Source of the DNA: Nostoc sp. DedSLP01
GTDB taxonomy: Bacteria > Cyanobacteriota > Cyanobacteriia > Cyanobacteriales > Nostocaceae
Length of the DNA: 64,000 nt
Assembly (NCBI GenBank): GCA_034530875.2
Contig: JAVRCJ020000011.1
Location: 153,055 to 217,054 of the forward strand
Direction of reading: 5' to 3'
Shown: positions 51,001-61,375 of the stretch, one piece after another
Layout of the letters: each line of letters opens with the position of its first letter
How positions within the stretch are numbered: the first letter of the stretch is position 1
Position numbers and translations under genes: made by a program
Notes under the pieces: generated by a model
The model's database searches: none
What the model was told of the DNA's origin: nothing
The model's input: only the letters and a program-made list of their open reading frames with translations

Positions 51001-51250
51001 GAAGATCCACTTGCTTGCTCACCATTTGCAAGGGCTTTTCTATCTCTTCCCAATAAAAAGAACTGCGTAACACAGAATGTCGCGCCACAACCTGTTCCCA
51101 AGCTTTTTGGAAAGCAGAAAAATTCAATTTTCCAGAGAGAATGCAAAGTAACTGCTCAAAATAAACTTCCGATTCTGGTGCATAAAGGGTATGAAACAAC
51201 ATCCCTTGTTGCATCGGTGAAAGTTCATAAAGGTCTTCGATATTTTGCAT
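48053..51250 (-). CDS. aptB: NRPS C-A-T (AptB-like; Val/Ile-type pocket)
   Basis: IEDLYELSPMQQGMLFH DCL-type start, HHILFDG; pocket read by eye as DALWLGGVFK. Confidence 0.9.
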   Translation of the reverse strand: MQNIEDLYELSPMQQGMLFHTLYAPESEVYFEQLLCILSGKLNFSAFQKAWEQVVARHSVLRSSFYWEEIEKPLQMVSKQVDLPWVQMDWRHLTPDEQQVHLEEFLSSDRQKKFDLAQAPLMRFTIIQLTEQKYQFIWSHHHILFDGWSMQIVLKEVLTFYEANQRGENLRLQGVRPYREYIEWLQQQNIEQAKNFWQKTLQGFETPTLLGGNKGKGIYNEQRFQLSQTVTEKLQFAARQHHLTLNNLVQGAYALLISRYSGESDVVFGATVSGRPPQLEQVESMVGLFINTLPIRAKVTAKTEILPWLKQLQTQALEQEQYAYFSLAEIQQLSDIPTGLPLFESILVFENYPLDSAKPEIQKTLEISNISCWERTNYPITLVINPGSQLAGRIVYDTSCFEEQTIVRMIGHFQTLLIGMADNLQQYISQLSLLSAEEEKQLILLENHQQGNSINYKCIHILFEEQVEKSPDAIAVVYQQQHLTYRELNNRANQLAHYLRSLGVKPEVRVGICVERSLEMVIGILAILKAGGAYVPLDPAYPAERLAFMLEDVEASILLTQTHLQNQLPINNQTVVNLDADWKIIAQQKQDNLPSEVNPDNLAYIIYTSGSTGTPKGTEVPHRSFIGVMFGVDYIHLDASQIWLQHSSISWDASALELWTPLLYGGRCVLYAERIATPEGLSHILQEEKVNILWLTSALFNLMIDTIPSGLLGVKQLLIGGEALSVNHVRRALELLPETQIINGYGPSECTVFTCCYPILQQLTENVHSVPIGKPIGDRTVYILDENLNRVTIGVTGELYVGGASVARGYLNQAKLTNQKFIPNPFIAGDILYKTGDLVCRLPDGNLNFIGRIDTQVKIRGFRIELAEIEAILVQYPDIKQVVVIAREEEPGNKLLVAYLVAEDNSPTPSTLRNFLKAKLPDYMIPTAFVFLDKFPLTPNGKLNRRALPAPDSYQRNIEVDFVAPRTPIEEELATIWKEVLKLKQVGIHDNFFELGGHSLLATQVVSRLKEAFSLDFPLRYLFENPTIAELAQKVNEQVENDDLARILAEVDELSEEEVRKELVS

Positions 51251-51265
51251 AGTTCCCCCTGGAAA

Positions 51266-51296
51266 GTTGACTGTTGACGGTTGACTGTTGACTGTT
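51266..51296. repeat. Heptamer repeat (GTTGACT)n
   Basis: About 4 tandem copies between NRPS genes. Confidence 0.8.
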
Positions 51297-51298
51297 AG

Positions 51299-54200
51299 CT
51301 ATTTGGTTTTGTTGAGTTTGGCTAGGAATTTATCAAGTTGTTTTTGATTGAGTTTCGCTGCTGAAAAATCAGATGGGGTATAGCTTTGAGAATCTTTTGA
51401 TTGACAGTGAGCAATGAGGGTTTTTAGTGCTTCTATAAATCCTGAAGCTAACCGTTCAATGGTGTCTTGCTTGTGAACTTTCTCGCTATAAGCCCAAGTC
51501 ATTTCGAGTTTTCCTGCACGAATAAAGCCGCTTATTCCTAACAGATGGCTACGTCTATTGAGTAAGCTTTGTTCGGATTTGAATTCCTTAGCCAAACCCA
51601 ACACTTCAGATGCTTTCAGCACTTGGTCGAATTGTCCCAGGTAGTTAAAACTAACTTGTGCTACGGGTAATGACTGCAATTTTTCCCGAATTGTGGTGTT
51701 TTCGTGCAAATATCGCAATACACCATAACTAATTCCTCGGTTGGGGATGCGCCGCAGTTGTTCTTTGATTGACTTTAAAGCCTCTCCGGGATGCTCAATT
51801 TCTCCTAGCTGTAAGCCAACTGGGAATAATGTAGTAAACCAACCGACAGTCCGCGACAAATCTACATCCTCAAATAAGTCTTCGCGTCCATGTCCTTCCA
51901 AATCAATTAGTAAAGAACTTTCGCCTGTCCACTGAGTAAAACTTTGTACTAAGGCTGTCAATAACACATCATTAATTTGAGTGTTGTATGCAGATGGTAC
52001 ATCTTGTAAAAGTGAGCGTGTCTGTTCTTCGTTTAAAGCAAGTGACACAGAAGCAGTTGAAGCTACGGTGTTATTCTGTTTATCAGAAGGATAATCTACT
52101 GGGAAAGCTGTAACTTGAAGGCTAGATTGACTTAGCCAGTAATCCAACTCTTTGATAGCCTGTGTTTGGGCATATTCTGTCAGGCGATCGCTCCAATATT
52201 GCCAAGAAGTTGTTTTCGCTGGTAATCTAATAGCCTCACCCCGACTCATTTGTTGGTAAGCAGTCGCTAAGTCTTCTAATAGAATCCGCCAAGAAACGCC
52301 ATCGACTGCTAAGTGATGAATAACGAAGAGTAAACAACTTGGTTGATTCTTGCCTAATTGAAATAGTGCTACTTTTGCGATCGCTCCTGTAGATAAATCC
52401 AAACTAGCCTGAAGTTCAGCATCTTTAGTGGCGATCGCTTTTTGCTGTTCTGCTGGCGAAAGGTGGGACAAATCAAAGACGCTCAAGAGTACAGATTCCT
52501 GAATAGCGGCATTAATTTGCAGCCAGTTTTCCCCTTCCTGCATAAACCGCAAACGCAACGCATCGTGATGTGCTAACAATTGCTGTACTACTTGCTGCAA
52601 TAGTTCAGGTTGCACATCTGACGGTACTTCTAGCAGTGCTGACTGGTTAAAGTAATGGGGTTCGGGTAATTTTTGCTCGAAAAACCAATGTTGAATCGGT
52701 GTCAAAGCTACAGAACCAGTTACTAGCGCTTGTTCGGCGTTGATTTGACGAGTGATACCTGCTACAGTCCCTAACTCAGCAATTGTTTGATACTTAAATA
52801 ACTGTTTAGCAGCAATTTGGATACCTGCTTGGTTCGCTTTGGAAATTAACTGAATACTGAGAATAGAATCTCCACCCAGTTCAAAGAAATTATCGTGGAT
52901 GCCAACATTTTCTACTCTTAAAACTTCCGACCAAATCGCCACTAATTTCTCTTCTATCAGTGTACGAGGAGCAATAAATTTATCTTCAGCACTGCGATAA
53001 AAGTCGGGTGTAGGTAGAGCGCGGTAGTCTACCTTTTGGTTGGGAGTCATCGGTATGCTTTCCAGTAGCATGAACGCAGCTGGAATCATGTAATGAGGTA
53101 GTTTCTGCTTGAGGAAATCGCGTAATTCATTGGTGGTTGGTTGCGGTTTTTGGGGTACAACGTAAGCCACAAGCCGCTTTTGTCCGGGGGTATCTTCATG
53201 AGCAATGACAACAACTTGCAATACTTGTGGGTGTTGTCTCAATACCGCTTCAATTTCGCCCAATTCGATGCGAAAACCGCGAATCTTCACCTGATTATCA
53301 ACTCTACCCAAGTATTCCAGCTTGCCATCCTTGCAGAATCTTACTAAATCCCCAGTTTTGTAAAGTTTACTGTCTCCTGCCTTCTCAATAAATTTCTCTG
53401 CTGTCAGTTCAGGACGTTGCCAATATCCTCTAGCTAATCCTGCGCCACCAATATGCAGTTCTCCCGGAACGCCTATCGGTACAGGTTGCTGATATTGGTC
53501 TAAAACACAAACTTGAGCATTGCTGATGGGTCGTCCAATACTAACAAAGGTGGCTGCTGGGGTTAAGCGTTCTAATGTGCTAACAACCGTTGCTTCTGTC
53601 GGCCCGTAAGTATTGAATAATTCGGGTACTGGGGAAAGATGAGCCACACAACTATGCCAATGCTGCACTTTTTCTAGTTGAACTGCTTCACCACCAATAA
53701 TTACAGTTCTCAAACCTTCATAAATGCGAGAATCTTGGGGCTTAAGTTCTGTTACTAACTGATGCCAGTATGCTGTCGGCAAATCTAAAACAGTTAACTG
53801 CCATTTTTGGCAATACCGCCAAAAATCCTCGCTGGAGTTGAGTATTTCTTCGGTGCGTAAAACTAAGGTTGCACCAACGCACAAACAAGGAAAGATTTCT
53901 TCAATCGATGTATCAAAGCAAATAGATGCAAATTGCAGAACCTTATCGCTGGTCTTGATGCCATATTCATCAATGGCGGTATTGACAAAATTCATCAACG
54001 AGCGATGTTCGATTGTTACACCCTTGGGTTTTCCCGTAGAACCTGAGGTATAAATAATATAAGCTAGGTTATTTAGTTGAACGTCGCTAATTGGATTGGT
54101 TGTACTTTGTGGTGCGATTAATTTCCAATCTGTATCTAAACAAATTGTTTTTCCGGTATAACCTAGCAATTTTTCTTGGAATTTATCTTGCGTCAGCAAA

Positions 54201-57200
54201 AAGCCGAGTTGCGTATCGGCGATAATTTCAGCGATTCGCTCTTGGGGATAAGCTGGGTCAAGGGGAACATAAGCACCACCAGCTTTGAGAATGCCGAGTA
54301 AGCCAGCGATCGCGTTTAGGGAACGCTCAACGCAGATACCAACCAGGGTTTCTGGTTTGACTCCCAAACTTTGTAGATAGTGGGCGATTTTGTTGGAGCG
54401 ATCGCTCAATTCGCGGTAAGTTAATTTCTGCCCATCCTGCTCTACAGCTACAGCATCCGGCGTTAACTCTACCTGAGCCTCAAACAACTTATGGATACAT
54501 TCATTAGTGGAATACTTTTTGTGAGTCTGATTCCACTCCATCAATAATTGCTGTTGAGACTGGGTTAGCAGTGGTAGATCGGAAATTTGCTGCTCTGGGT
54601 TAGCAACAATCTTTTCTAGTAAATTTTGATACTGCTCTACCATTTGCTGGATTGTGGCAGCGTCGAATAAATCAGTGTTGTATTCCCAAATAGCCGTAAT
54701 TCCTTTACCTTCGCCATATTGCGGAATTAAAACTACATCTAGGTCAAACTTTGTTGATTTGTTGCTGAGGGCTACATTCGTTGCGATCTTCAAGCCTGGA
54801 AGAGTTAAGTCAGGCCGGGGAGAATCATGGAAGCTAAACATCACTTGAAACAGTGGATTATAACTCAAGTTCCGGATTGGCTTCAGAACTTCCACGACCT
54901 TATCGAAGGGTAAATCTTCGTTAGCAAAGGCTTCCAACGTGACTTGGCGGACTCGACTTAACAACTCCGCAAATGTAGGATTACCAGACAAATCGGTGCG
55001 TAATACCAAATTATTGACAATCATGCCAATTAATTGTTCTGTTTCGCGCATCCGCCGATTGGCAACAGCTGTACCCACACACAGATCCTCTTGTGCGGTG
55101 TAACGGCGCAATATTATTAAAAAAGCCGCCAGCGTGGTCATGAATAAAGTAGTTCCCTGTTGACGGCTGAGAACTCTCAAAGATTCGCACAAGGGAATAG
55201 GCAACTCTACCCTGACTTGAGTACCATTGTAAGTTTGTTCTACTGGTCGGGGGCGATCGTAGGGTAATTCCAACAGAGGCGGACTGCCGGATAATTTTTG
55301 CTGCCAAAAAGCTAATTGAGCTTGGGCTTCCTCGCTTTTCACCCACTCTCGCTGCCAATGTGCATAGTCGGCAAACTGGAGTGTTAATTCTGGTAGTGGG
55401 GAAGGCTTACCCAAACAGAAGGCTTGATAAAGTGCGAGAAACTCATTTAAAAATACATTGTTGAAAGACCAACCATCATGAACCATGTGATGTTCGATGT
55501 GGATTAACAGATGTTCTTGGTCGCTCAACTTCAACAATAACCATCTAACTAACGGCAGTTTATCCAAGTAAAAAGGCTTCTGCACCTCTGCGTCAAATAA
55601 ACGCTGAATTTCTGCTTCTTGCTCGGACTCAGGAACAGTCTGGACATCTACCACTTTTAAGTTCACTGGCCAAGCTGGATGGATTACTTGAAATAAGCGT
55701 CCAGAAGCGGCGGGAAAAGTCGTGCGGAAGATTTCATGTCGTCGGACAATCTCACTAAGGCACTGTTCTAATGCTGCAATATTAAGTTGTCCGGTGAATC
55801 GTAGAGTTACCTGAGCTTGATAGGCGCTACCTTCCGGTGCTACTTCTTGAATGAAATGCACTCGCTCTTGAGCAAAGGAAGCTGGTAAGTATTCTGAGCG
55901 TGGAACTGGTTGGATTGCAGGACGTTGTAATTGCTGTTGGAGGTGGTTGGGCTGTTCAATCAGCGCAGCTAAACCCGCTATGGTAGGATTGGCGAAGATG
56001 TGGTGAAAGAATAACTCGACTTGGAAACCATCGCGGATGCGGGAAAGCATTTGCGCCGCGATTAAAGAATGACCGCCTAAATTGAAAAAATTGTCATTGA
56101 TTCCTATCGGCTCAATTTGCAGTAACTCAGTCCAGATACTTGCTAGTTTTTCTTCAATTGAGTTACGCGGTGCAACAAAGGTTTCTTCGAGGTCGGGGCG
56201 GGTGCGATCGCCCTTTGGCAGATTTTGCCGATCTACCTTACCATTTGGAGTAAGCGGTAAAGAATCTAAAATGACAAATACCCCAGGAACCATGTAATTA
56301 GGCAGTTTTTCTTCCAGAAAGCATTTGAGGGTAGCGATAATTGCTTCTGGTTTTTGATTAAGGACTATATAAGCAACAAGCCGTTTATCGCCAGGAATAT
56401 CTTCACGGGCAATTACAGCTACTTGTTTGACATCTGGGTGTTGAATTAAAAGTTTCTCGATTTCATCCAGTTCAATGCGGAAGCCGCGAATCTTTACTTG
56501 ATTGTCAACTCGTCCTAGAAACTCAATATTCCCATCTAGTAAATAACGTGCCAAATCTCCAGTTTTATATAATCTGCTTCCTGCCTCGTCAAACGGATTG
56601 GAAATAAATCTTTCTTTAGTTAACTCAGGACGGTTCAAATAGCCTCTGGCCAAGCCATCGCCACCAATATATAATTCGCCAGGAGTCCCAATAGGAACGG
56701 GTTGCAAATGGTTATCGAGGATATAAACTTGAGTATTAGCGATCGCTTTACCAATGGTTGCTTGAGTATCCCCACCAGTACATTCTGCAACTGTGGCACA
56801 AACTGTTGATTCCGTTGGCCCGTAAGCATTAAAGAAACGCCGCCCTTTTGACCATTGAGCTATCAGCTTAGCATTACAAGCTTCTCCAGCAACGATGAGA
56901 GTTTGTAAGTTTGGCAATTCTTCTAGCGGTAAAGCTGCTAGCGCTGTGGGTGGTAGTGTGACGTGAGCGATCGAATGCTCGCGCAAAAATTTTATTAAAT
57001 CTGCTCCTGGGCGCAAGGAATCTTGAGTTCCCATATAAAGACTAGCTCCAGAACCCAAAGCCATCACAATTTCCCAAACTGAAGCATCAAAGCTGAAAGA
57101 AGCAAACTGAAGAACACGGCTATGCGGGTGTACATCAAACAATTGAATTTGTGCTTGGGCAAGATTGCATACACCTTGATGCTGAATCAGCACGCCTTTG

Positions 57201-57787
57201 GGCGTTCCAGTTGACCCAGATGTATAAATCACATAAGCGAGATTTTCCGCCGTCACATCGCTAGTAGGATTTTCGTGACTCTGGCTGTTAATTGATTCCC
57301 AGTCACTATCCAAACAAACTGTCTTCACCCCGCTTGCAGAAAATTCATCAACAAACTTCTGCTGAGTTAACAGCACTTGCACTTGTGAATCTGACAACAT
57401 GAACGATAAACGTTCTTTGGGATAGGTTGGGTCTAATGGAAGATATGCGCCACCTGCCTTAAGAATCCCTAATAACCCGACAATCATTTGTAGGGAACGC
57501 TCAACACAAATCCCTATCAGAACTTCTTTCCCTACACCCAAAGATTGCAAATAATGAGCTACTTTATTAGCGCGGTGATTCAACTCTTGATAAGTAAGTT
57601 TCTGTTCGTCGAAGACAAGAGCAATATTGTCTGGAGTTTTTTCCACTTGTGCGGCAAATAATTCATGTATGCACAAATGTTTAAGATAATCTACCTTTGT
57701 ATCATTCCATTCCAGCAATATTTTGTGTCGTTCTTGCTCAGTTAAAACAGACAAATTCTGAAGATCGCGAGTAGAGTTGCTCACCAT
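51299..57787 (-). CDS. aptA: NRPS A-T-C-A-T-E (AptA-like; Phe then D-Lys, ureido-forming)
   Basis: Starter A domain (pocket DAWTIAAVCK), HHMVHDG C domain, second A (DTEDIGTVVK, Lys-type), GGDSI carrier domain, epimerase HHLAVDG/EGHGRE/RTVGWFT. Confidence 0.92.
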   Translation of the reverse strand: MVSNSTRDLQNLSVLTEQERHKILLEWNDTKVDYLKHLCIHELFAAQVEKTPDNIALVFDEQKLTYQELNHRANKVAHYLQSLGVGKEVLIGICVERSLQMIVGLLGILKAGGAYLPLDPTYPKERLSFMLSDSQVQVLLTQQKFVDEFSASGVKTVCLDSDWESINSQSHENPTSDVTAENLAYVIYTSGSTGTPKGVLIQHQGVCNLAQAQIQLFDVHPHSRVLQFASFSFDASVWEIVMALGSGASLYMGTQDSLRPGADLIKFLREHSIAHVTLPPTALAALPLEELPNLQTLIVAGEACNAKLIAQWSKGRRFFNAYGPTESTVCATVAECTGGDTQATIGKAIANTQVYILDNHLQPVPIGTPGELYIGGDGLARGYLNRPELTKERFISNPFDEAGSRLYKTGDLARYLLDGNIEFLGRVDNQVKIRGFRIELDEIEKLLIQHPDVKQVAVIAREDIPGDKRLVAYIVLNQKPEAIIATLKCFLEEKLPNYMVPGVFVILDSLPLTPNGKVDRQNLPKGDRTRPDLEETFVAPRNSIEEKLASIWTELLQIEPIGINDNFFNLGGHSLIAAQMLSRIRDGFQVELFFHHIFANPTIAGLAALIEQPNHLQQQLQRPAIQPVPRSEYLPASFAQERVHFIQEVAPEGSAYQAQVTLRFTGQLNIAALEQCLSEIVRRHEIFRTTFPAASGRLFQVIHPAWPVNLKVVDVQTVPESEQEAEIQRLFDAEVQKPFYLDKLPLVRWLLLKLSDQEHLLIHIEHHMVHDGWSFNNVFLNEFLALYQAFCLGKPSPLPELTLQFADYAHWQREWVKSEEAQAQLAFWQQKLSGSPPLLELPYDRPRPVEQTYNGTQVRVELPIPLCESLRVLSRQQGTTLFMTTLAAFLIILRRYTAQEDLCVGTAVANRRMRETEQLIGMIVNNLVLRTDLSGNPTFAELLSRVRQVTLEAFANEDLPFDKVVEVLKPIRNLSYNPLFQVMFSFHDSPRPDLTLPGLKIATNVALSNKSTKFDLDVVLIPQYGEGKGITAIWEYNTDLFDAATIQQMVEQYQNLLEKIVANPEQQISDLPLLTQSQQQLLMEWNQTHKKYSTNECIHKLFEAQVELTPDAVAVEQDGQKLTYRELSDRSNKIAHYLQSLGVKPETLVGICVERSLNAIAGLLGILKAGGAYVPLDPAYPQERIAEIIADTQLGFLLTQDKFQEKLLGYTGKTICLDTDWKLIAPQSTTNPISDVQLNNLAYIIYTSGSTGKPKGVTIEHRSLMNFVNTAIDEYGIKTSDKVLQFASICFDTSIEEIFPCLCVGATLVLRTEEILNSSEDFWRYCQKWQLTVLDLPTAYWHQLVTELKPQDSRIYEGLRTVIIGGEAVQLEKVQHWHSCVAHLSPVPELFNTYGPTEATVVSTLERLTPAATFVSIGRPISNAQVCVLDQYQQPVPIGVPGELHIGGAGLARGYWQRPELTAEKFIEKAGDSKLYKTGDLVRFCKDGKLEYLGRVDNQVKIRGFRIELGEIEAVLRQHPQVLQVVVIAHEDTPGQKRLVAYVVPQKPQPTTNELRDFLKQKLPHYMIPAAFMLLESIPMTPNQKVDYRALPTPDFYRSAEDKFIAPRTLIEEKLVAIWSEVLRVENVGIHDNFFELGGDSILSIQLISKANQAGIQIAAKQLFKYQTIAELGTVAGITRQINAEQALVTGSVALTPIQHWFFEQKLPEPHYFNQSALLEVPSDVQPELLQQVVQQLLAHHDALRLRFMQEGENWLQINAAIQESVLLSVFDLSHLSPAEQQKAIATKDAELQASLDLSTGAIAKVALFQLGKNQPSCLLFVIHHLAVDGVSWRILLEDLATAYQQMSRGEAIRLPAKTTSWQYWSDRLTEYAQTQAIKELDYWLSQSSLQVTAFPVDYPSDKQNNTVASTASVSLALNEEQTRSLLQDVPSAYNTQINDVLLTALVQSFTQWTGESSLLIDLEGHGREDLFEDVDLSRTVGWFTTLFPVGLQLGEIEHPGEALKSIKEQLRRIPNRGISYGVLRYLHENTTIREKLQSLPVAQVSFNYLGQFDQVLKASEVLGLAKEFKSEQSLLNRRSHLLGISGFIRAGKLEMTWAYSEKVHKQDTIERLASGFIEALKTLIAHCQSKDSQSYTPSDFSAAKLNQKQLDKFLAKLNKTK

Positions 57788-57819
57788 AATTTTCTATATA
57801 AACTGATAAATTAGTAGCT

Positions 57820-59535
57820 TTATTTTTCATCAAGCGAGTGACTGATTTTGCCTTTGACAGCCGATATCGCAACCGTTCTTGGAGAGGCTAAATAGTTTTT
57901 GCCTGTGGGATCGCCACTGCGTCCTTTAAAATTGCGATTGGTTGCATAAATCCCCGTTTCTTCTTTGTCCAAAACCCCAATGCCAGAATTGATACAAGCT
58001 CCACAACCTGTCTTGAGAATTTGTGCGCCTGCTTGGACAAAAATATCGAGATAGCCTAACTTTTGGGCTTGTTCTCTAATTTCCATGCTTGCCGGGACAA
58101 TAAACAAGTTTACGCCGTCTGCCAGTTGCCGACCCTGCAAAACTTCAGCAGCCTGAGCTAAATCGTAGAGTTTGCCGCCTGTACAAGAACCAATAAAAGC
58201 TTTGGTAATTGGAACTTCTTTTAACTCGCTAATCGGTACTACTCGATCTGGTTTTGGCGGCCGGGCAACTTGCGGTTCTAAATTACTGAGGTCAAATTGA
58301 TACACTTTTTCGTACTCAGCATCAGAATCGGCAATAATTTCTGTAAATTCTTGGTTAGAGCGACTTTTCACATAATTTCGCGTAGTGTCATCAGGCACAA
58401 TCAACCCACAGATAGCACCACACTCAACGGCCATATTCGCTAAAGTCAATCGTTCATCAAAGGGCAGCTGTGAGAGGATTGACCCGCGAAACTCCATCAC
58501 CTTACTGCTAGCCCCAGCACAACCGATTTGTCCTAGAATAAACAGGATAATATCTTTAGCACTGATATGGGTAGGTAGTGTTCCAGTCAACTCGAATACT
58601 AGTGTTGAGGGAACCCGAATCCACATATCCCCCATCGCATAGATATTCGCCATATCTGTAGTGCCGACCCCGGTGGAAAAAGCTCCTAATGCCCCGTAGG
58701 TACAGGTATGGGAGTCTGTACCAGCAATTATCATTCCTGGTCTGACAAATCCTTTTTCTGGTAGTAAAACGTGACAGATGCCCGCCGCTTCGCCTGGGGA
58801 AACCATGTCAAATAAATGACAGCCTTGCTCTTGGGCAAACTGAACCATCTCCTCATACATGACATTGGCTTTGCGATCGCTACGAATGTCATTAACTTGG
58901 ATAAAGTGGTCTGCTACTAGAACTACCTTTTGAGCATCCCACAGCTTGGCATTTTCTCCGTAGTGTTTGTAAAATGTCGTGGCGACAGGCCCAGCCACAG
59001 CATCATGAGATAAAGCTAAATCGACCCGAGCAAAAACTACTTCTCCAGGACGGACGTAGAGATTACCGGAGGCTTTAGCCAAGAGTTTTTCGACTAAAGT
59101 CATGGGTCGTTTGGGAGTTACGCTCTTGGGAATGGTAATCTTTCCCTGACGACGCAATTGATTAAAGGGTATCAGTCCACCGGCAGCTGCGATCGCATCT
59201 ACTACAGGATTCTCTTTTTTTTCTCCCAAAATTTCTAGAGACAGTCCAATATTGATGCTATTGCGATAAAAAATCTCTGCAAAGGATTTGGCTTGAATCT
59301 TTTCAATTCCAGCAGCTTTAAGGGCAACAGGGGCAATTTCTCGACTCGAACCGCACCCGAAATTTTCTCCCGCGATAATGACGTTGTATTTTAATAGCTC
59401 TCCTACACCAATCAAATGTTCTAAAGCATATTGTTTTAAAATTTCTGCATCGTAAGTTGTGGCTCGATTGGCAGGAATAATATCATCAGTATTAATATCA
59501 TCTCCTAAGTGTAAAACTTTATTTAATTGATTCAT
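57820..59535 (-). CDS. hphCD: Fused LeuD-LeuC-like isomerase (HphCD); likely start ATG at 59535
   Basis: N-terminal [18 protein letters not shown] (small subunit), then DSHT, IGSCTGG, CGAC and TNRNFKGR (large subunit). Confidence 0.9.
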   Translation of the reverse strand: MNQLNKVLHLGDDINTDDIIPANRATTYDAEILKQYALEHLIGVGELLKYNVIIAGENFGCGSSREIAPVALKAAGIEKIQAKSFAEIFYRNSINIGLSLEILGEKKENPVVDAIAAAGGLIPFNQLRRQGKITIPKSVTPKRPMTLVEKLLAKASGNLYVRPGEVVFARVDLALSHDAVAGPVATTFYKHYGENAKLWDAQKVVLVADHFIQVNDIRSDRKANVMYEEMVQFAQEQGCHLFDMVSPGEAAGICHVLLPEKGFVRPGMIIAGTDSHTCTYGALGAFSTGVGTTDMANIYAMGDMWIRVPSTLVFELTGTLPTHISAKDIILFILGQIGCAGASSKVMEFRGSILSQLPFDERLTLANMAVECGAICGLIVPDDTTRNYVKSRSNQEFTEIIADSDAEYEKVYQFDLSNLEPQVARPPKPDRVVPISELKEVPITKAFIGSCTGGKLYDLAQAAEVLQGRQLADGVNLFIVPASMEIREQAQKLGYLDIFVQAGAQILKTGCGACINSGIGVLDKEETGIYATNRNFKGRSGDPTGKNYLASPRTVAISAVKGKISHSLDEK

Positions 59536-60610
59536 AAAGCACCCCAAATTCTGAATGTTGCTTGCTGTCAATTTCTTCTAGTAAAAGGTCAATTAATTTT
59601 TCCGTATTGACTAATATTTCTGTTCCTTGAGGAGACAAATCAGCTGTGCGATATCCTTTAGCTAAAACTCTCTCTTGCGCTGCCATAATTCGTTGAGCAG
59701 CCCCCACTTCTCCCCACTGCTGGAGCATTAAAACACAGGCTTCTAATGTTCCTAAAGGATTAGCAATACCTAGCCCTGCAATGTCTGGGGCTGTACCGTG
59801 AACTGCTTCGTATAATCCAAATCCGTCAGCATTCAGACTAGCCGATCCTAATAAACCAAGCGAACCAACTAACGCTCCGCCAATATCGCTAAGAATATCT
59901 CCAAACAGATTGCTTGCCAAAATTACATCAAATCTTTGAGGATTTAGAACCATTTGCATAGCTAAGTTATCTACTAGCATTGGTTCGATAACAACACCTG
60001 GAAACTGTTTAGCTTCCTCTTGCACTAAACGAGTCCAAGGCAAATGAGGCAAGGCATTTTCTTTGTGAGCTACAGTCAGCAATCCTCGACGTTGTTGGGC
60101 TTTTTGCAACGCTTGACGAGCTATCCGCCGAATCTCTTCATCGTAATAGAGCATGGTATGGTAGCCATAAGTGCCCTTTTCATCACCGGATCTTCCCGTA
60201 GGGCCAAAATAAATGCCACTGACTAATTCTCGAATGATAAGTATATCGAGTCCTTGAACTTTTTCTGGTCGGAGGCTAGATTTATTTACCAAACTATTAA
60301 CAATCCGAATTGGACGCAGATTGCAAAAAAAGTCGTAATGCTTTCGTAGTTCTAGCAGTCCCCCCTGAGTCACTGCACCAAATACAATTCCATCAGATCC
60401 ATTGCATAGTTCAGCCGTAGCTTGGGGAAAGTAACTACCAAATTGTTCTAAGGCTGTTGCACCAAGCCAACCATAGTCTACCTGCAAGGTAAATCCTTCA
60501 AGTTTTGCAACATGTTGCAAAACTTTTAGAGAGGCTTCTACAACTTCCGGGCCAATTCCTTCTCCACCAATAGCAACAATGCGATAGGACAGATTCTGTA
60601 AAGACTTCAT
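59519..60610 (-). CDS. hphB: Isopropylmalate dehydrogenase-like (HphB)
   Basis: [40 protein letters not shown]; 3' end overlaps the hphCD start. Confidence 0.9.
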   Translation of the reverse strand: MKSLQNLSYRIVAIGGEGIGPEVVEASLKVLQHVAKLEGFTLQVDYGWLGATALEQFGSYFPQATAELCNGSDGIVFGAVTQGGLLELRKHYDFFCNLRPIRIVNSLVNKSSLRPEKVQGLDILIIRELVSGIYFGPTGRSGDEKGTYGYHTMLYYDEEIRRIARQALQKAQQRRGLLTVAHKENALPHLPWTRLVQEEAKQFPGVVIEPMLVDNLAMQMVLNPQRFDVILASNLFGDILSDIGGALVGSLGLLGSASLNADGFGLYEAVHGTAPDIAGLGIANPLGTLEACVLMLQQWGEVGAAQRIMAAQERVLAKGYRTADLSPQGTEILVNTEKLIDLLLEEIDSKQHSEFGVLYESIK

Positions 60611-60820
60611 TTTTCCGTATTTGTTGATTAAGAAGGATTTATCGATTTTGTAATTGTCAAAGCTGAACTCCCCTTATTAAGAATATTAACAATATAATTT
60701 TTACTAAAATTTATGTAGATCTCTACTCTATAACTTCTTATCTTTTTATTAACGTCAAACTGTTTACAACTGCATCTAAAAATAATCTCAGTTTTTTTTA
60801 TAAAATGCAATACCAAATAA

Positions 60821-60910
60821 GACAGTTAAGCAAATATTGATTGGACAGTTAAGACAGTTAAGACAGTTAAGACAGTTAAGACAGTTAATTTTTTAAATGT
60901 CTTAACTGTC
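60821..60910. repeat. Nonamer array GACAGTTAA (1 + 5 tandem + 1 inverted)
   Basis: Copies at 60821, 60844-60888 (x5) and inverted TTAACTGTC at 60902-60910. Confidence 0.9.
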
Positions 60911-61229
60911 CTTGTAAGCATACTTAATTAGTGGTATATCACTTTTGTCTCACTTTCCGGGTATTCTGAATAAAAGACCAAGGTTGAATAAATATTACGA
61001 CTTATCATAAAAAAAGAAAATATAAATTAACTGAGCAATAGCAAAAGAGAACAAAGTTATATCTAGTAAACTTTATTCATAGAAGATTTAAGTGGATGTT
61101 TGAAAAGTCATTATTGATGTATCAAATATTTTTATCTCTCACTAACCCTGCCCTTAGAAACTATCCATTACCCATAAGTTTCTTAACATGAAGTTTGACA
61201 AAATGAGGTAGTTATCTAGTTGTTACTAC

Positions 61230-61375
61230 TATAGGAATCCGGTTTAATTTGGAGAATTTATTTGTGTGGTGCGCGAAGCGCAGCGCAAGCGCGATAGACA
61301 GGGAGTAGGGAGTAGGAAAAAAGCCTTGTCTGGATGTACTGATTTTTTTCACGCAATCAAATTTGAGTCTTATAT
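61230..61375. mobile_element. Degenerate MITE-like element
   Basis: Imperfect inverted ends tataggaatccggtttaatt / aatcaaatttgagtcttata. Confidence 0.35.

Noticed and set aside
57820..60610. Leucine biosynthesis leuBCD (with leuA at 38227-39423)
   Set aside because: Position within the NRPS cluster, the fused D-C order and the short LeuA-like protein fit hphABCD.
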